DNA of 64,000 bases from Chrysomallon squamiferum (GCA_012295275.1 CM022679.1:10230001-10294000), one strand, 5' to 3'; counted from the first letter of the stretch, positions 25,896 through 41,900 are shown. The notes: a model not told the origin generated them from the letters alone. A program made the numbers and translations.

Positions 25896-28310
25896 TTGGA
25901 TATGGATAAAAATATGAGTTAGTTGATTTACACAACTGTAAGTCACACTGGAAATAAATTTTATCAATATGAAATAAAAATAACATTACACATGAGTTAA
26001 TTTAATAGAATTTAAAAACTGTGGTTTGGCTTGAAACAAAACAAAACAAACATATAAAAGTAAACAATAACAACAGAGCACATCATATTTCATACATAAA
26101 TAATCATGTATTTTCAAACAATATTTCTATCATTATAAATCTGTTTTAACACCATAAATAAAAAAGTGACCAATTTTATATATTTAACTTAAAAAAATTA
26201 TGTTTTAGTCTTTAAAGAAAACAAAGCCAATGAAATATTTATTGTATATTTTTACATGCAGTACCTGTAAAGATGATTCAATATCGGTATCAGTGATAGT
26301 AAAGGTATTTAATGGTTGTGAATTGCTCTAGTGCTTAAGTTAATTGATGATAATAGCTGAAAAAACCTATTTTTTAAACATTTTTAAACAAGTAAAAGAA
26401 AAAAGCAGCAAATTGAAACTGTTATCTTGCATAAATTGAAAAAAACAAAAACAAATGAAAATGTGTACATGCATACAGACTCAATTATATATTCATAACT
26501 ACAAATACATACAGTTAAGCAAGTTCTGCAAAGCAGATCTGAATGCAGAAAAGCAATTCAGCAAAAATAACATTGAAGAGATAGAAATTGAAAAAAAAAC
26601 CAACAACAACAAACATTCAGAGAAGAATCTCATCTACTGTGATAATGTAAATCAGAAAATGGTCGTGAACATTAAAATAATTAGCTGCTAAATGTACAGG
26701 TAGATCCTGATAAAACTTCACAATGCTCTACCCAGAAAGACTGTTTAAAACTGAAATAAATTTTTTTAATAAACTCTGGCATGCACATAATGTTAGCAAA
26801 TTTAGCAATGCCAAATAAAACACAGAAGATTCATGATACTAAATCAAATATGACTCCTTAAAACATCAATTGTGATTATTGCTGTTACAGTTTCAGTGAA
26901 TTTTTAAAACATTTTCTGAATTACAAGTAACTGAAAAAAGAAAGATAACTATGATGAAACACTGAAAAAGATGTGTCATGATAAAACAGAAAAGAAATAA
27001 ATATTTGTCTGTGAAAAAAGAGCACTGAAAAAGGACACGCAGTGACAAAATATGCACAGAAAGTTGGGTGCAATGATTAAAACTTAGAAAATTAGAAAGA
27101 AAAGATTCCATGCAATGATTAAAGAAAATACAGTGTTAAGCAGAAAGCATGTTGAATGATGAAACTTACAGAATAAGACAGAAAGGATCAGATGCAATGA
27201 AACAGAAGAAGAAGAAGAGTTGTGTACAATGAAACACACAGTTAAATAAATAAAAAAACTCACTTGTGATGAAACATTGATAGAAAAGACTCAGTTATAG
27301 TGAAAACACTGATAGATAGAAAAAACTAACATGAAATGAAACACACAGATAAAAGAAAACTCGCGTGCAGTGAAACACACAGATAGAAAAAGAAAACTTG
27401 CGTGCAGTGAAACACACAGTTAGATAGAAAAATAAAACTGATGTGCAGTGAAACACACAGATAGAAAAAGAAAACTTGCGTGCAGTGAAACACACAGATA
27501 GAAAAATAAAACTGATGTGCAGTGAAACACACAGTTAGAAAAAGAAAACTCGCGTGCAGTGAAACACACAGATAAAAGAAAACTCACATGCAGTGAAACA
27601 CAGAGTTAGATAGAAAAAGAAAACTCGCATGCAATGAAACACACAGATAGAAAAAGAAAACTTGCGTGCAGTGAAACACAGAGTTAGATAGAAAAAGAAA
27701 ACTCGTGTGCAGTGAAACACAGAGTTAGATAGAAAAAGAAAACTTGCATGCAAAGAAACACACAGATAAAAAGAAAACTCGCGTGCAGTGAAACACAGAT
27801 AGAAAAAGAAAACTCGTGTGCAGTGAAACACACAGTTAGATAGAAAAGACTCACGTGCAATGCAAGAGATGTGGCAACTCTTGAAGTCTAGAGGAAACAA
27901 AATACACCTTTCAAAAAATATGTGCACATTCCACATTCAAAATAAGTATTAGTATTTCAAAACATCAGAAAATTATTTAGTAAAAATAAGCAGACAAAAA
28001 CACTTTCTGTTAGTGTTTCTTAAGTGTGGTGAAAAAAGAAGTACAAATAATATATATATTTATAAATGTGAGTGTCTGTGTTTTTAATACTTGTGAAAAA
28101 ATATAATAAATAAATAAATAAACAAATAAATAAAAACAAATTATCTATAATTGAGTGCTGGTGTGATAATATGATAATTTAATTTAAAACTGAAAGTGAA
28201 ATGATTTTGTTTTTTGATAGGAATATATAACTTTTAAACAAATTTAAAAAAAAGATTATCACAGAAATAAAATATCAGCCCATTTTAAAATCAACAAAAT
28301 GCTTTGAAAA

Positions 28311-28345
<35 letters not shown>

Positions 28346-29743
28346 GTGTTTTTACTCTTTAAGGAAAATGTTTTTTAATGAATGGAGTTAAAATATGAAA
28401 GACAAATCAGTAATATTTCAATATTTATTACTTAATTTTGTTTTCTTGCAAACCAAAATCATGAACTTTTTAAACAAACCTGTTCTGAATGTTAGTTATT
28501 TTTCATGTTTTATCATTATAATTAACATTTTTACTTTTAACATGTTGATCTTAGTCTGCAAGTGTTTTTTCAGTTTCTAGTTTGTATATATATATATATA
28601 TATATATTACAAATTCTCTTTTTTAATATACTGAAATAAAAATAATTTCAACTGCAATAGTGAAATTTTTTCTTGTTAAAAAAAATATTTCTTCTTTTAT
28701 TTTTTTTATTTTTTTTTAAGAAAATGGTTTAAGCTCTTTTAGAAAATTTCCTATTCTGACTAAATAACCCACAACTGGTTTAATCAAACATTGTGGTATG
28801 TGCTGTTTAATAACAAATGGGTTCAAAAATGATACCTTACTGTTGATTAAAAAATGAATACCTATCATCCCTGATTTCTTTATTTTTTATTTTTTATTAA
28901 CCACGTACACAAATACCACACAGCCATACAGTAAAAAATTATGCAGGGCATCATTAAATACATTTTTATATATATATATTTTTTTGATCTCTAAATCAGT
29001 TATCATGTGCTTTAACAACTTGACAGTGACTGAAAAATGTGCACCAAGCTGGCCTAAGTGAAACATTTCCCTCACACTAATTACACCTGTGTGATTTGTG
29101 TCTAAACAAAACCTGATGTTCAATTACCTAATCAATGCTTCATGAGTACGTAGCTGTTGCTTGAAAATTAATATGAATGCTTAAATTGTTATATATATAT
29201 ATATAAAAATATATATGTATAAAATCTGTTCTATGTTGAAAATTGGGAGAGTGAAAAAATGCTCTACTTTCATTTGCAAGATTAGCTTTGTTTTATTTTA
29301 TTTGTTTATTTATTTTATTTTATTTTATTTATTTATTTATTATTTTTATTTGTTTGTTTATTTATTTTATTTGTTTATTTATTTTATTTTATTTTATTTT
29401 ATTTTATTTTATTTTATTTTATTTATTTATTTATTTATTGTTTTTATTTGTTTGTTTTTTTTTTTGTTTATTTATTTATTTTATTTGTTTATTTATTCAC
29501 TTATTTATTTATTTATTTATTTTGTGTGTAGTATGATAATTCTGTTAACATATACATATATTATTATTGCTTGTTTTTTGTTTTTCTTTTGTTGTTGTTG
29601 CTTTTTATTATTGCATATTACAGAATTCTTAAAAAAAACAAAATACTAGGCATATGTTAGTTTGAACATATCAGATGGATGCTATTAATTATAGGAATTC
29701 ATGAGCCAACCAAAGATTAGCAAATAATTTATACTTTCTAAAA

Positions 29744-29782
<39 letters not shown>

Positions 29783-29976
29783 CTTAATAAATATATTCTT
29801 ATTTAGATTAGAGAAAAAAAGTAGCATAGAAAATTAACCAGGAAAAGGTTTTAAAAATAAAAATTTATGTAATGAATTCTTGTGTTTTGGAATAATGAAG
29901 AATATTTTTAAAAAAAAAAAAAAGGATTAATAAAAAAAGGATTAATAAATAAAATTAAATAGTAGTAGTAGTAGTA

Positions 29977-30041
<65 letters not shown>

Positions 30042-30153
30042 TTGAAAAAAAAGATAAAAGTTAAAGATATATAAAAATCTATAGAAAGCCTAGACTTTGC
30101 AATTTGCTTGTGTGCACTTGTCTCTGTGTCATTTAGTCTCAGTATATATATAC

Positions 30154-30209
<56 letters not shown>

Positions 30210-31292
30210 TACAAAACTTTATTAGTAGAATAACTCAATAAAATAATTATATAGATTGTTAGCAGACAAAAAGAAAAACAATACACATCAAATCCATTCC
30301 ACAGTACAAACAAAAGATAATGATATATACACATAAATAATATTAGTTCTTATGATACATGAACAAACATATATTTTAGGTTCTTAACATACATAAACAC
30401 AAATGATATTATAATATAAAATTATATAAATAACATCACTTTTTGTAAAATGAAATATAAATATTAAAATAGTATTAATTCTGAAATGATGTTATGAACA
30501 TATAAAAAGAAAAGTTATGATTAATGTACAAACAGCTGAACTCCAGTATATTGACAATTATATATTCATGCCCAAAAAAAAGAAAAAATGGCACAGGCAC
30601 ATAATCCAAAAAACAAACAAAATTATTTAAAAATATGATGAAAGATATATCATCTAAAATGTTTGATTAAAAATATATTCTTGCAAAGATTTATCATTTA
30701 AAGTTGTAGGTTTTCAATTCTTAAATACCTCTAAGTTTCAAAACAGAAGACTGTAGACAAAGGAGAATCAATGTGGGTTTTCTGTGGGTTTCTTTTTTCA
30801 CATGTTTAAATAATAATGAACAAATAATAACTTCATTAACATGATTAAGGTTTTTTTTTTGTTTGCTTTATTTTTGTTTTATATTGTTCAAATCAAATGA
30901 ATGTGTATATCTTAAGGTACAGAGACAGATTTGCATACTTTAAAATATGAGCTGTTTGTAATCACTGTTATATAGTCTTCCAGCTACCATTTTCAACCTA
31001 TTCTCTTGGATTGTTAATAATTTAAGTTATGGTTTATTTGAATAGTTACATTAAAAAAATACCTAATAAAACATAACCTTATACTAATTTTTTTTTTATT
31101 CATATGCAAAGGACTTGAAAGAGAAAAAAATAAAAATATTTTAAGTGTGTAATAACATTAAATACAAAGTCTGGAAAACTCATTTTTTTTTCTTTTAAAA
31201 AAAAAAAGAATCAAATATTTTAAAACTGAAATGTTAATGAAAAACTTGCATCAAACTGTTAGTAGTTCAAAAATTAAAATGTGTAGGCATGC

Positions 31293-31360
<68 letters not shown>

Positions 31361-33426
31361 GAATAATAATAATAATAATAATAAAAATAATAACAATAAT
31401 AATAATAATAATAAAAACAATAATGATAATAATAATAATAATAATAATAACAACAAGAACAACAACAATAATAGTAATAATAATAAAAATAATAACAATA
31501 ATAATTTCAATAATAATAATAATAATAATAATAAAAATAAGAATAAATAAATAAATAATAATAATAATCATAAACAATAAAATAAATAAATAAATAAATA
31601 ACATCAACAAACTACTAACCAGGTTTCTTCTTTGGATCTTGATCCATGTCGTCCTTCCAGTCCGAGTCTGAGTCAGAATCGTGGTCTTTGTCGCTGTCGC
31701 TGATGTCGTGTTCGGAATGTGAGTGGCTGTTGTGGTTGGTGTCGCAGTCACTTTGTTGCCGTGACAGTCGTTTCTCACCAACAATGTCGACAAGAAGGTT
31801 CTCTGCAAACAGCCCTGGTGGAGAAACAACTGGGTTAAGATTATAAATTGTTTTTTAATTAATTAATTAATTAATTAGAAGTATTTATTTAACTGATATA
31901 TGAAGATATTTATGACATCATGCAGAAAATATTTAATGGTAAATGTTAATTTAATACAGAAGTAAAAAAAAAAATTAATATTTAAAAAATATATTTTTAT
32001 GAAATATTCAAAGAATATGTATTGTTTATATTGGAAATACAGTGTTTTTATAATTACAAATTTGATTTTCTTTATAGTAATCAGTTGATACACTATTATT
32101 ATCATTATACTGATGATATGATTGGTATTAAAATACTTATTAAAATTATAATTAATATTACAATTTGTACTTCTAGTATGACGATGATGATGATAATTAT
32201 TATTATTACTGCTGTGATTATTATCATCATCATTATCATTATCATCATCATCATCATCATCACCATCATAGCCATTTAAATTTTCAGTATGTTTTAGTGA
32301 GCTTACAAGAAATTACCCAAATCGTATCAGGAGAAAAAAAATAAAAAATAAGAAATATAAATAAGAAATTTTTGATTTTAACCACAGAACATTTGTGCCT
32401 GAATTAACAGTAACACAACAGTTACATTCACAGACACTACAATTACAATAAAATTAAATTAATAATCAAAATAAAGATAACAGATTATGACAGTTGTATG
32501 TAAATGTTACAATTATTATTTTTTATTACAGTAATTTATCTATTTATTAATTATTATTATTATTGCTATTATTATTAACAAAATTGTTACCATTACTCTT
32601 ATTATTATTTCAGTGTAATTATTAATCTTATCATTATTATTTTTGTTTGTTTGTTTATTTTATTACATATACAATCTCTCTTCAACAGTTTTCGAAACAT
32701 TATTTATTTGATTTTATTGTAATAAATATGACAAATGACATATGACAGATCCATCAAACAGTACTGATTATAGAATGAATTTTTTAAGATAATCAACAAA
32801 CACATTTTTTTTATAGTTGAAGTTTAGAATCAATTAGTGGAACATTTATCATGCAAGACCTTATCAAAAAAAATAAAATAAAAATAAAAATAAAAATTAT
32901 CAGTATCAGAATTATTGTTTAAAACATTGTTAATTCTGTCTTGCATATCTTTGCTTGATTATAGACAGGTCTATTTTATTAATAGAAATTAATTTATTTT
33001 TGTAAATAGTCCCATGCAGGGTATGTCAGAGTATAGATATATGATCTGAAATAAATCAATAGTTAGATAAAATAAAAACAAAATTAAAAATTAATTATAA
33101 TGTATATATTATCTTGAATATGAAAGTAAAAGATTAGAAACAAACTCAGCCTAAGAATGTTTCAAAACCAAGATTCATAATTTTAAAACCATTAATAATA
33201 ATAATAATAATAATAATATAAATAATAATAATATTTAAAAAATAATAATAATAATAATAATAACAATTAAAAAAAAAATAATAATAATAGCAAAAAAATG
33301 TTTATCCATATTAATGATAATAATAATAATAATAATAATATTTTTTTATAGAAATAAAACAGGAATAACAATGAAATTAAATTAAATAAAACACCAGGGA
33401 TACAACAAAATACAACAAAATGAAAC

Positions 33427-33465
<39 letters not shown>

Positions 33466-33629
33466 AAAAAAATAAAACCATTGATATAAAGCACACAAAC
33501 ATTGTTTTCTGTTTGCTCCACATTATATATATATACATATGTGATTTTTTTCTCCCTATATATATATGTATATGTATGTATATATATATATATCTATCTA
33601 TATATATATATATATATATATACACATAC

Positions 33630-33711
<82 letters not shown>

Positions 33712-33783
33712 ACACATAAATGGGTATATATATATATATACATATATATAATATACACACTCATATGTATATATATATATACT

Positions 33784-33819
<36 letters not shown>

Positions 33820-33945
33820 TATATAGTGAGAAAAAAAATCAACATTACAACAAATTTTAACAATATTGAACACAAATTTCACAAATTCACAATTTTCACA
33901 AATTTAATGTACTATTTAAATAACTTTCTCCATTATCAATGAAAC

Positions 33946-33991
<46 letters not shown>

Positions 33992-36900
33992 TAATAATAA
34001 TAATAAACAAAAAATAATAATTAAAAAAAAAATAACAAAACAACATGGCTGCTTTTGTAAAATTATACATAAAACGACAGCTCTTGTTTCCATGGCGACA
34101 TTTCAGCATCAAGTCATGTGGAAGATTTGCCTGTACTGCTGTCTTTGTGAGAAACCACTAACAAACTATTGGTGCTAGGCTCAAAGCATGCTGTGCCAGT
34201 GCAAACAGTGCATTAAATTTATTAAAAAAAAAAATCAAAAAAACTCTTTTATCATGACTGGCTCACTACAACACACAATAAATTTAAAAAAATAAAAATT
34301 AAAAAAATAATAGTTCTAAATAAATGAAAGATTTAAATTAATATTTTAAATAAATAAAAAATTAAATTTAAAAAAAAAAGAAGGAAATAATAGTTTTAAA
34401 ATTGTAAATAAATGAAAGTTTTAAATTAAAAGTTTAAATAATAAATAAAAAATAAAAAAATAAAATATATATTTTTTTTTAAATTAAGAGTTAAAATAAA
34501 TAAGTAAAAATAAATAAATGAAAGTTTTGAAGTAATAAACAGTTCAAATAAATAAATAAATAAATAAATAAATAAAATAATAATAAAACAAAAATTAAAA
34601 CAAATAAATAATAAATCAATTATTAAAAATAAAAATAAAATAATTTAAAAATGAACAATATGAAATAAAATAAATAAATAAATAAAATTTGAAATAACAG
34701 GTTAAAAAAACAGGTAGTAGATAAATAAAATAATCTTTAAAATTATGAAGAAATAAACAACAATTATAAAAAAAAAAGGTATGTAAGTAAATAAAATTTA
34801 AGAAAAATCATTAAAAAGCATGTAATAAAACAGAAATAGAATTTAAGAAAAAAAAATTAAATTATATTTTAAGAAGAAATCATAAAAATTTAAAATAAAA
34901 TTAAAGAAAAGAAATCATTAAATTTAAAAAAATAAAATTAAAAAAAATTTAAAGAATGTTTAAATATAGAACAAACTAGGACACACAGTTTGCATATTCA
35001 AACTGACAAACCAAAAAATTAAAATTTTATAAAAAACAAACAACACATTTAAAACCAAAAGAGAATAAAAGAGTGATATTTTGATAGTTCTGTGGTTAAA
35101 ATTATATATAAAATTTTACATAAAAAAATTATTAGAAAAAGAAAGATGTTAAAAGAAAAAATATATAAATGAATAAAAAAAATAAAATTACAACTGTAAT
35201 TGAGAAAAAAGTAAAATCAGTCGACAAATTGTTGAAATTAGAAAAAATTCAGAAATATTACTCATTTTAAATACATATTTTTAAAACATTTATAAAAACT
35301 ATATCAAGCATTTTAAGCAGGTTTCTACATTTGTACCCCTCACTAACAAATAAAACCACCAAAACCTACAAGAAGAAGCAAGCATTTTTACTGTAAAACA
35401 AACCATCTACTTTAGTACTCTCGTTTTCTCAGTGTACATGTCAAATTCTGTTAAATTCAGTTTTAGTATGCAGATTCAGTTTATTTTTATTATTATTGAA
35501 AGGTTCAATGATTTTCATAATAAATTCCTTTTAAAAAATATATGCTGAATCAACAGAATCTGATGACATGTAAAAAAAAAAAAAAAAATTCTGAATTCAT
35601 CAGATAAAAGTTTCATGACTTTTCTTGTTACAGTTGTCCTTCCTGATTTTTGTGGTTGCAATTTTCTTTCTAAATATCTGTGGTTACAAATTTCCTTTCT
35701 GATTTCTTTGTGGTTACAATTTTCTTTCTAAATATCTGTGTTATAAATTTCCTTTCTGATTTTGTTGTGATTACAATTTTCTTTGGAATAATCTGTGGTT
35801 ATAGTTTTCCTTCCCAAATTTTGTGGTTACAAATTTCCTCTCTTATTTTGTTGTGGTTACAGTTTTATTTGAAACATTAAGGTTACAGTTTTCTTTCATG
35901 CTTTATTTTCATGACTTTATTTTCTTAATTTATGACTTTTCTTATCAAAAAATATATTCCGACTTATCAAATTGGTGATTTCCTTCATGAATTTATACTT
36001 AAAGCTGTCATATAACTTAATTTGTACATTTTGGTTTTTTTTTACCTTTCACCATTTATTCCTATGTAGCCTAGTCTAACAAACTACTATTATTCTTGGT
36101 TTTTTAAGTTCTGACAATTTTCTTTCAGTGTCCTGTCATACTTGAATATTATTATTTTCAAGAATTCAATTAAAGTTCCAGAATACTCCATTATCATATG
36201 CACACAGTGAGTTTTAAAAGCAATGCCAGTCAGTGTCAGTGGTGAATTGAACCACAAATCAGAAGTATGTTTTGGAAACTGTTATCAGCATTCAAACAGA
36301 TCTGTGCAGTCCAGAACTGTCAATAAATCATGAAACCTTTATCTGATGGAATATAAAAAAAAAAAAAAAAAAAAAAATAAAAAAATCAGACAAAATGATA
36401 AATTCTACACTAATCAATGTTCCAAGTTTTGCAATAATTTCATTAAAAAAATATAAAATTTTTTGGTTGAAAAAAAAGTCTTAAGATAAATAATAATAAT
36501 AAAAAAAATATATATATGTATTTACTAAATAGCACCTAGAAATGAATGACAGAAAATCAATATAAGGGGGTAAAAAAAAGGAAGATAAATAAAAGAAAGA
36601 AAGACGAAAATGACAAATAAAAATTTCAATAATAACTTTCTTGTTGATGCAGAAATATTGATGTTTAAAACTGAATATTTCAGATGAAATCAAATTAATT
36701 CACAATCTATTAAGTAAAAGTGTTGTTATTATTATTATTATTATTGATATTATTTTTATTGTTATTGTTATATTTATTATCATTGATGTTATTATTATTA
36801 TTATAATAGTTATAGTTGTTATCACTGACATCATTGTTATTGTTATTGTTATTATTATTATTATTATTATTATTTTAAAATAAAAAATAACAAATGCTTT

Positions 36901-37356
36901 TTGACAAACATGAAAAAAGGTTAATATATACTGTTGTTATTAAATTGTTATAAATTACATTTTTAAAATCTTCTGCAATACACAGTTGTGCATTATTTGA
37001 AAAAAATAAAACAAAACAAAACCGTAACAAAAAGAGGAAAGAAAGTCACTGTATTATTATGAATTATATTTTTAAAAGGAAAATAATCAAAAACAGATAA
37101 CAAAAGGAAAATATAATATAGGCAAAATTTTGGAACATTGTCAAAAGCATTAAACTAATTTAATTACTAGCCTAATTTATTTATTCATTAATATTATGGA
37201 ATTCAATGTTTAGGAGAAAATACTTCTATGGGGTACAATTTTCATAGTTTTTTCAATGATATATTATAAGAAAATTATGAAGACAGCAAAATCTATTGGC
37301 CAAAAACTCAACAAGTTAAATTACTTTTATTATTTAAATTTTTATTATTATTATTA

Positions 37357-37447
<91 letters not shown>

Positions 37448-37789
37448 TACTACTATTATTATTCAATTATTATTATGATTACATAATACTATTAATACTG
37501 GCACATTTTTGTGATAATAAGACAACAAAATCAATTTCTGTTAATGATTTTTCATTTTATGTGCATTAAATTATAAATAGAAACACTTCATGGATTTTCT
37601 GCTGTCTTGTTAACTGAAATAACTCCAGATTTTGTTACGTAATCAGGTTCAGTTAGGAAACAGGATTTTCATAAATATCTTTTTATAGCAATCGATTCAG
37701 TAAGTCTTCATTTATAAAGCTAATCCAGTTTCCAAAATAGAAATAAAATAAATCCGTACAAGTTCTATTTCTAGTAAATAATTTTTGTT

Positions 37790-37832
<43 letters not shown>

Positions 37833-37865
37833 CTTTTTTTAAGTTAATACTTTTGATTTGTTATT

Positions 37866-37913
<48 letters not shown>

Positions 37914-40900
37914 GTAAATATTTGTGGCTTGTTCATTTGTTTCGAAGGTTTTCTTGCTTTTGTTTCTTCTGTTAATATTATTTGTGATTTGGTGTGTTGG
38001 CATGCATGTGCGTACATGTGTGTATGTTTTGTTTTCTTTCAAATATATACTTGGTCAATCACTTTTTAGTTAGTTTTTAGTCAAAAGGTAAATATTTTAA
38101 AAATTAATAGTTAGACCCTGAAAGCTTTCTTGTGAAAATAAGTTTTAGTTTTTTTTCAATATACAAATTACAAAGAATTTAATCCAAACATTTAGCTAGC
38201 ACAGAATATAAATTAAACACTTTTACCACCATCATTTTATTGCTATTCCATCGCATATTAACTGATTATAACCATTCCATATATTAAATATTATATTTTA
38301 ACTTAATATATGAAATATTACATGGTGGTATATAGTATATAGTTTATAGTATATATTTATAATAATGAAGATATGCTACAGCAAAACCTAATTACTTCTG
38401 AAAATACTAAATTTCTTGGAACATCATAATTCTGTAATTTTTTTTTAATTAATTTTTTTTAAATTTCTAACATTATTTAGTCAATAGATAACTAAGCAGC
38501 TATAACTACTATTAAAAAATAAATTCAAATCCTACTATTAAATAATGGTGAGTTATGGAAAATGTAATCATATTGATTGTGCCTGTATGCTCAAATGATT
38601 AAATATTTATGTTGTTTGTTTTTTTTTACTTTAATTTTTCTTTCTTTTTAAAAGATTTAAATTTATTTTGGAAGTTAATGGCTGATCTCTTAAAAGGTTT
38701 AATTCAGAAAATATTTAAAAAAATACTTAAAAACAATAAACAAAAATTATTCACTGATTTATTATTATTATTATTATTTTGTTTTTCAATATCTGGTATT
38801 ATTTCTTTTATTTAATTTTGTTTTTTCTTTTTTTTGTGATTGAAACTGAAACAACTTTTTAAACATCCAGAATTCAGGTGAAAGTTAAAAAGTGCAGATA
38901 CAACCCAAAATGTGTTGTTGATTAGCACTCGAAATGCTAGAAAAACAATGGACAAAAAAAAACAAAAACAATCAAGATTTGGATTTCATTTTTCCACAAC
39001 TCATTCTAACAGATGCAGGTAAAAAAAAAAAAACCAAAAAAAAAAAAATTAAAAATAAATTTAAAAAGCTGAAGACCAGCAGTTCGGGCAAATACAATAC
39101 TTACCTTTGTCGACCACAGACTGAAGCTTACTCGACTCACTGTCGACATTCAACAGCAAATTGGAGGCGGCAAGAGCTGCGTTTTTCGCGCCGTGGGCTG
39201 CGAGGACCTCCGGGAGAGAGGGCAACGTGCTGCTGCCACAGGCGAAGCGGCCGCTATTGAACGAGGAGGCCCGGCTGAGGCCCACATTAGCGGAGAGGTG
39301 GTTCGGAGACGACTGATAGGATTTGAAAAACGTGGGCGTCAGCCCCTCACCAGCGTACGGCAACGTGTTCAGCGACTCCGACGACGGGTTCAGGCTGTTG
39401 CTGTTGTTGCCGCTGGGCAGCATCAGGAAGTTGGGTCGCCTCGGCGACGACACGGGGTCGATGTCGGAGAACTCCGGGCTGGCCCTGGGAGCCTGCGGGC
39501 TGCTGTCGGCGCGGGAGAGGGTCGGGTAGACGTCGGGCGTGACGACGTTGACGTGGTGGTGCTGCTGATGGTGGTGCAGCTGGAGGCTGTGGGTCTGGGT
39601 GGTGTGCACGTACACGGTGTGGATGCCTTTCCGTTTCCGTCTCTTCCTTCGCAGCGATATTGCCTTCTCGGGGTTTATCTTCCTCTGTCTTTTGCCCCTG
39701 ACTCTGTAGTAGTAGCGTATGACTTTCCGCTTGGCCTTGCGCCCGTAATGAACTAACAGTTTTAAAAGTTCCGTGTAACACCCTCCGGGCTCCGAATTGC
39801 TGGCAAGAGTGCTTGACGACTGGAAACGCTTTCTTTCCTGCAACATTCTCTCCATCTCTCGCTTCTTTGTCTCGGAAAACTGCGTTGCTATAACAACTAA
39901 ACATAGGTTGATCATAAAAAATGAGCCAATCTGAAACAAAAAAGAAAAAAAAAAGAAGAGAAAATGAAATTTAAAACAAATGTGAAGAATTGGGTAAAAT
40001 GAAAAAAAAAAAAAAAAAAAAAGATAAAATTTATTATTTTGGCTTTGACCATCAGAAAATACATATGCTTTAATTATTCTTTTGAATAATTTGTTTGAAT
40101 TGCTTATAATCAGTTTGTTTCACTATTATTGATTCTATCTGTTATCTATAATATGTACTGTTATATGTTTTAACAGAGTAGGATGTTTCTTTTATTTTTA
40201 AGTATGTTGCTTGTGTCCTGCATGCAGATTTCAACTAATGACACTCTGAGCACATTCAGACTGAGCCTGGATTTCTACCAACGACTAAACTCATTAATCA
40301 TTGGTAAACCAAGATAATTCCTTTCAATTCATTCAAACATTATCACCTGTCAGAGACATGCCTCACAAACATTAGTCCTTCTCACATTTGCATACCAGAA
40401 CGTGTTCCCAGATTCTAATTAGAAACCAACAGGGGGAAAGCAGTGTAATTTCAGTCCACTTGGTTTCAAATTTGCAATAACATTTCAGTTTCTCTTCTGT
40501 GATGAGAACGAATGAATTACTAAAGGAATGCATGAATGAATGAATGAATGAATGAATGAATAAATAAATGAATGAAACGAATGAGACAAAGTGAAAGAAA
40601 GATTTTATTTAGCAACTGATTTTATTTATGGTTAAGAACAAACAAACGCATGAAGACAGAAAGAAATTCCTCTTGTTCCATGATGGATTTACTTATTCTA
40701 ATTTAGCAGTAAGAGCACTTTTATGTGCATCTTCCAGTACACAGGAAAACACTTACCCTAACCTATGATGAAACCAGACATGGAAAACAGCCTGAGATAA
40801 GAAATAACCTTACACACTCCCTGAGGGGAATAGATCCACTGACCCATCACACTAAACAATTTATTCTTAACCATTCAAAGAACAAACAAATACCCAAACA

Positions 40901-41405
40901 AATGATAATTAGACTCTCAACTTACTATAATGTTATCAGTGGTGTTACTTGTGTAGTTATGATAAGGAAGTGGAAAATTCTGCAGTAAAATTGAATTATA
41001 AAAGATCATGGCACCAATTAGATAATTTCGCCAAAAGAAAATTTGGTTACTTTTGCTTTGATGATATATCAAAGGCCATTGCAAACGCCTGAATTATTCT
41101 ATTGAAAAGTCATGTGTACTTTGCTTCATAAACAAGCAATTAAATGCTGTTATAGAGCTTTCCAATTTGTTTGCCAGTTTAATATATAAACACAAGGATG
41201 TTATAAAACCATCTCTATGTGTTTCTTACAGTATTTTCAACTGGATTAAATCACTGGAATTCAATGCATTCGTCTTCATGTTTAAAATAATAAAAATAAT
41301 AATGGTAATAATAATATAAAATAATAATAATAATATAATAAAAAATAATAATAAAAAATAATAATAAAAAAATAATAATAAAAATAAAATAAAATAATAA
41401 AATAA

Positions 41406-41454
<49 letters not shown>

Positions 41455-41827
41455 TAATAATAAAAAATAATAATAAAAAAATAAAAAAATAATAATAATA
41501 AAAAAAAAAAAAAAAAAAAAATTGTAGGCTCAGCTAAAAGTACATAGTGAACAGTACATGTCATATTTGACTGACAGTGAGACTGGGAGTGAAAACTGTG
41601 TTCAATAAATCTACTAATCACACACACACTGCCCCAGCTTGCCACTGGACCATTAGTCAATGCAAGAATCCAGTCTTGACAAGTGTGCAATAAAGCTTTT
41701 GAGACTTATCACTTGATTTACGACAAAAGAGTTAACATTCCGAAGACAGACTGCCAGTTCTGTGAAGAGATTACTAGTTGAAAAAAAAAAGAAATCATAA
41801 TAAGGTGCTAAATATGGACACTGATTT

Positions 41828-41900
<73 letters not shown>

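Noticed and set aside
39193-39904. Long overlapping ORFs (187 aa plus strand, 185 aa minus alternative frame)
   Set aside because: Shadow frames of the GC-rich Cav3 exon, where stop codons are scarce; no independent gene signals.
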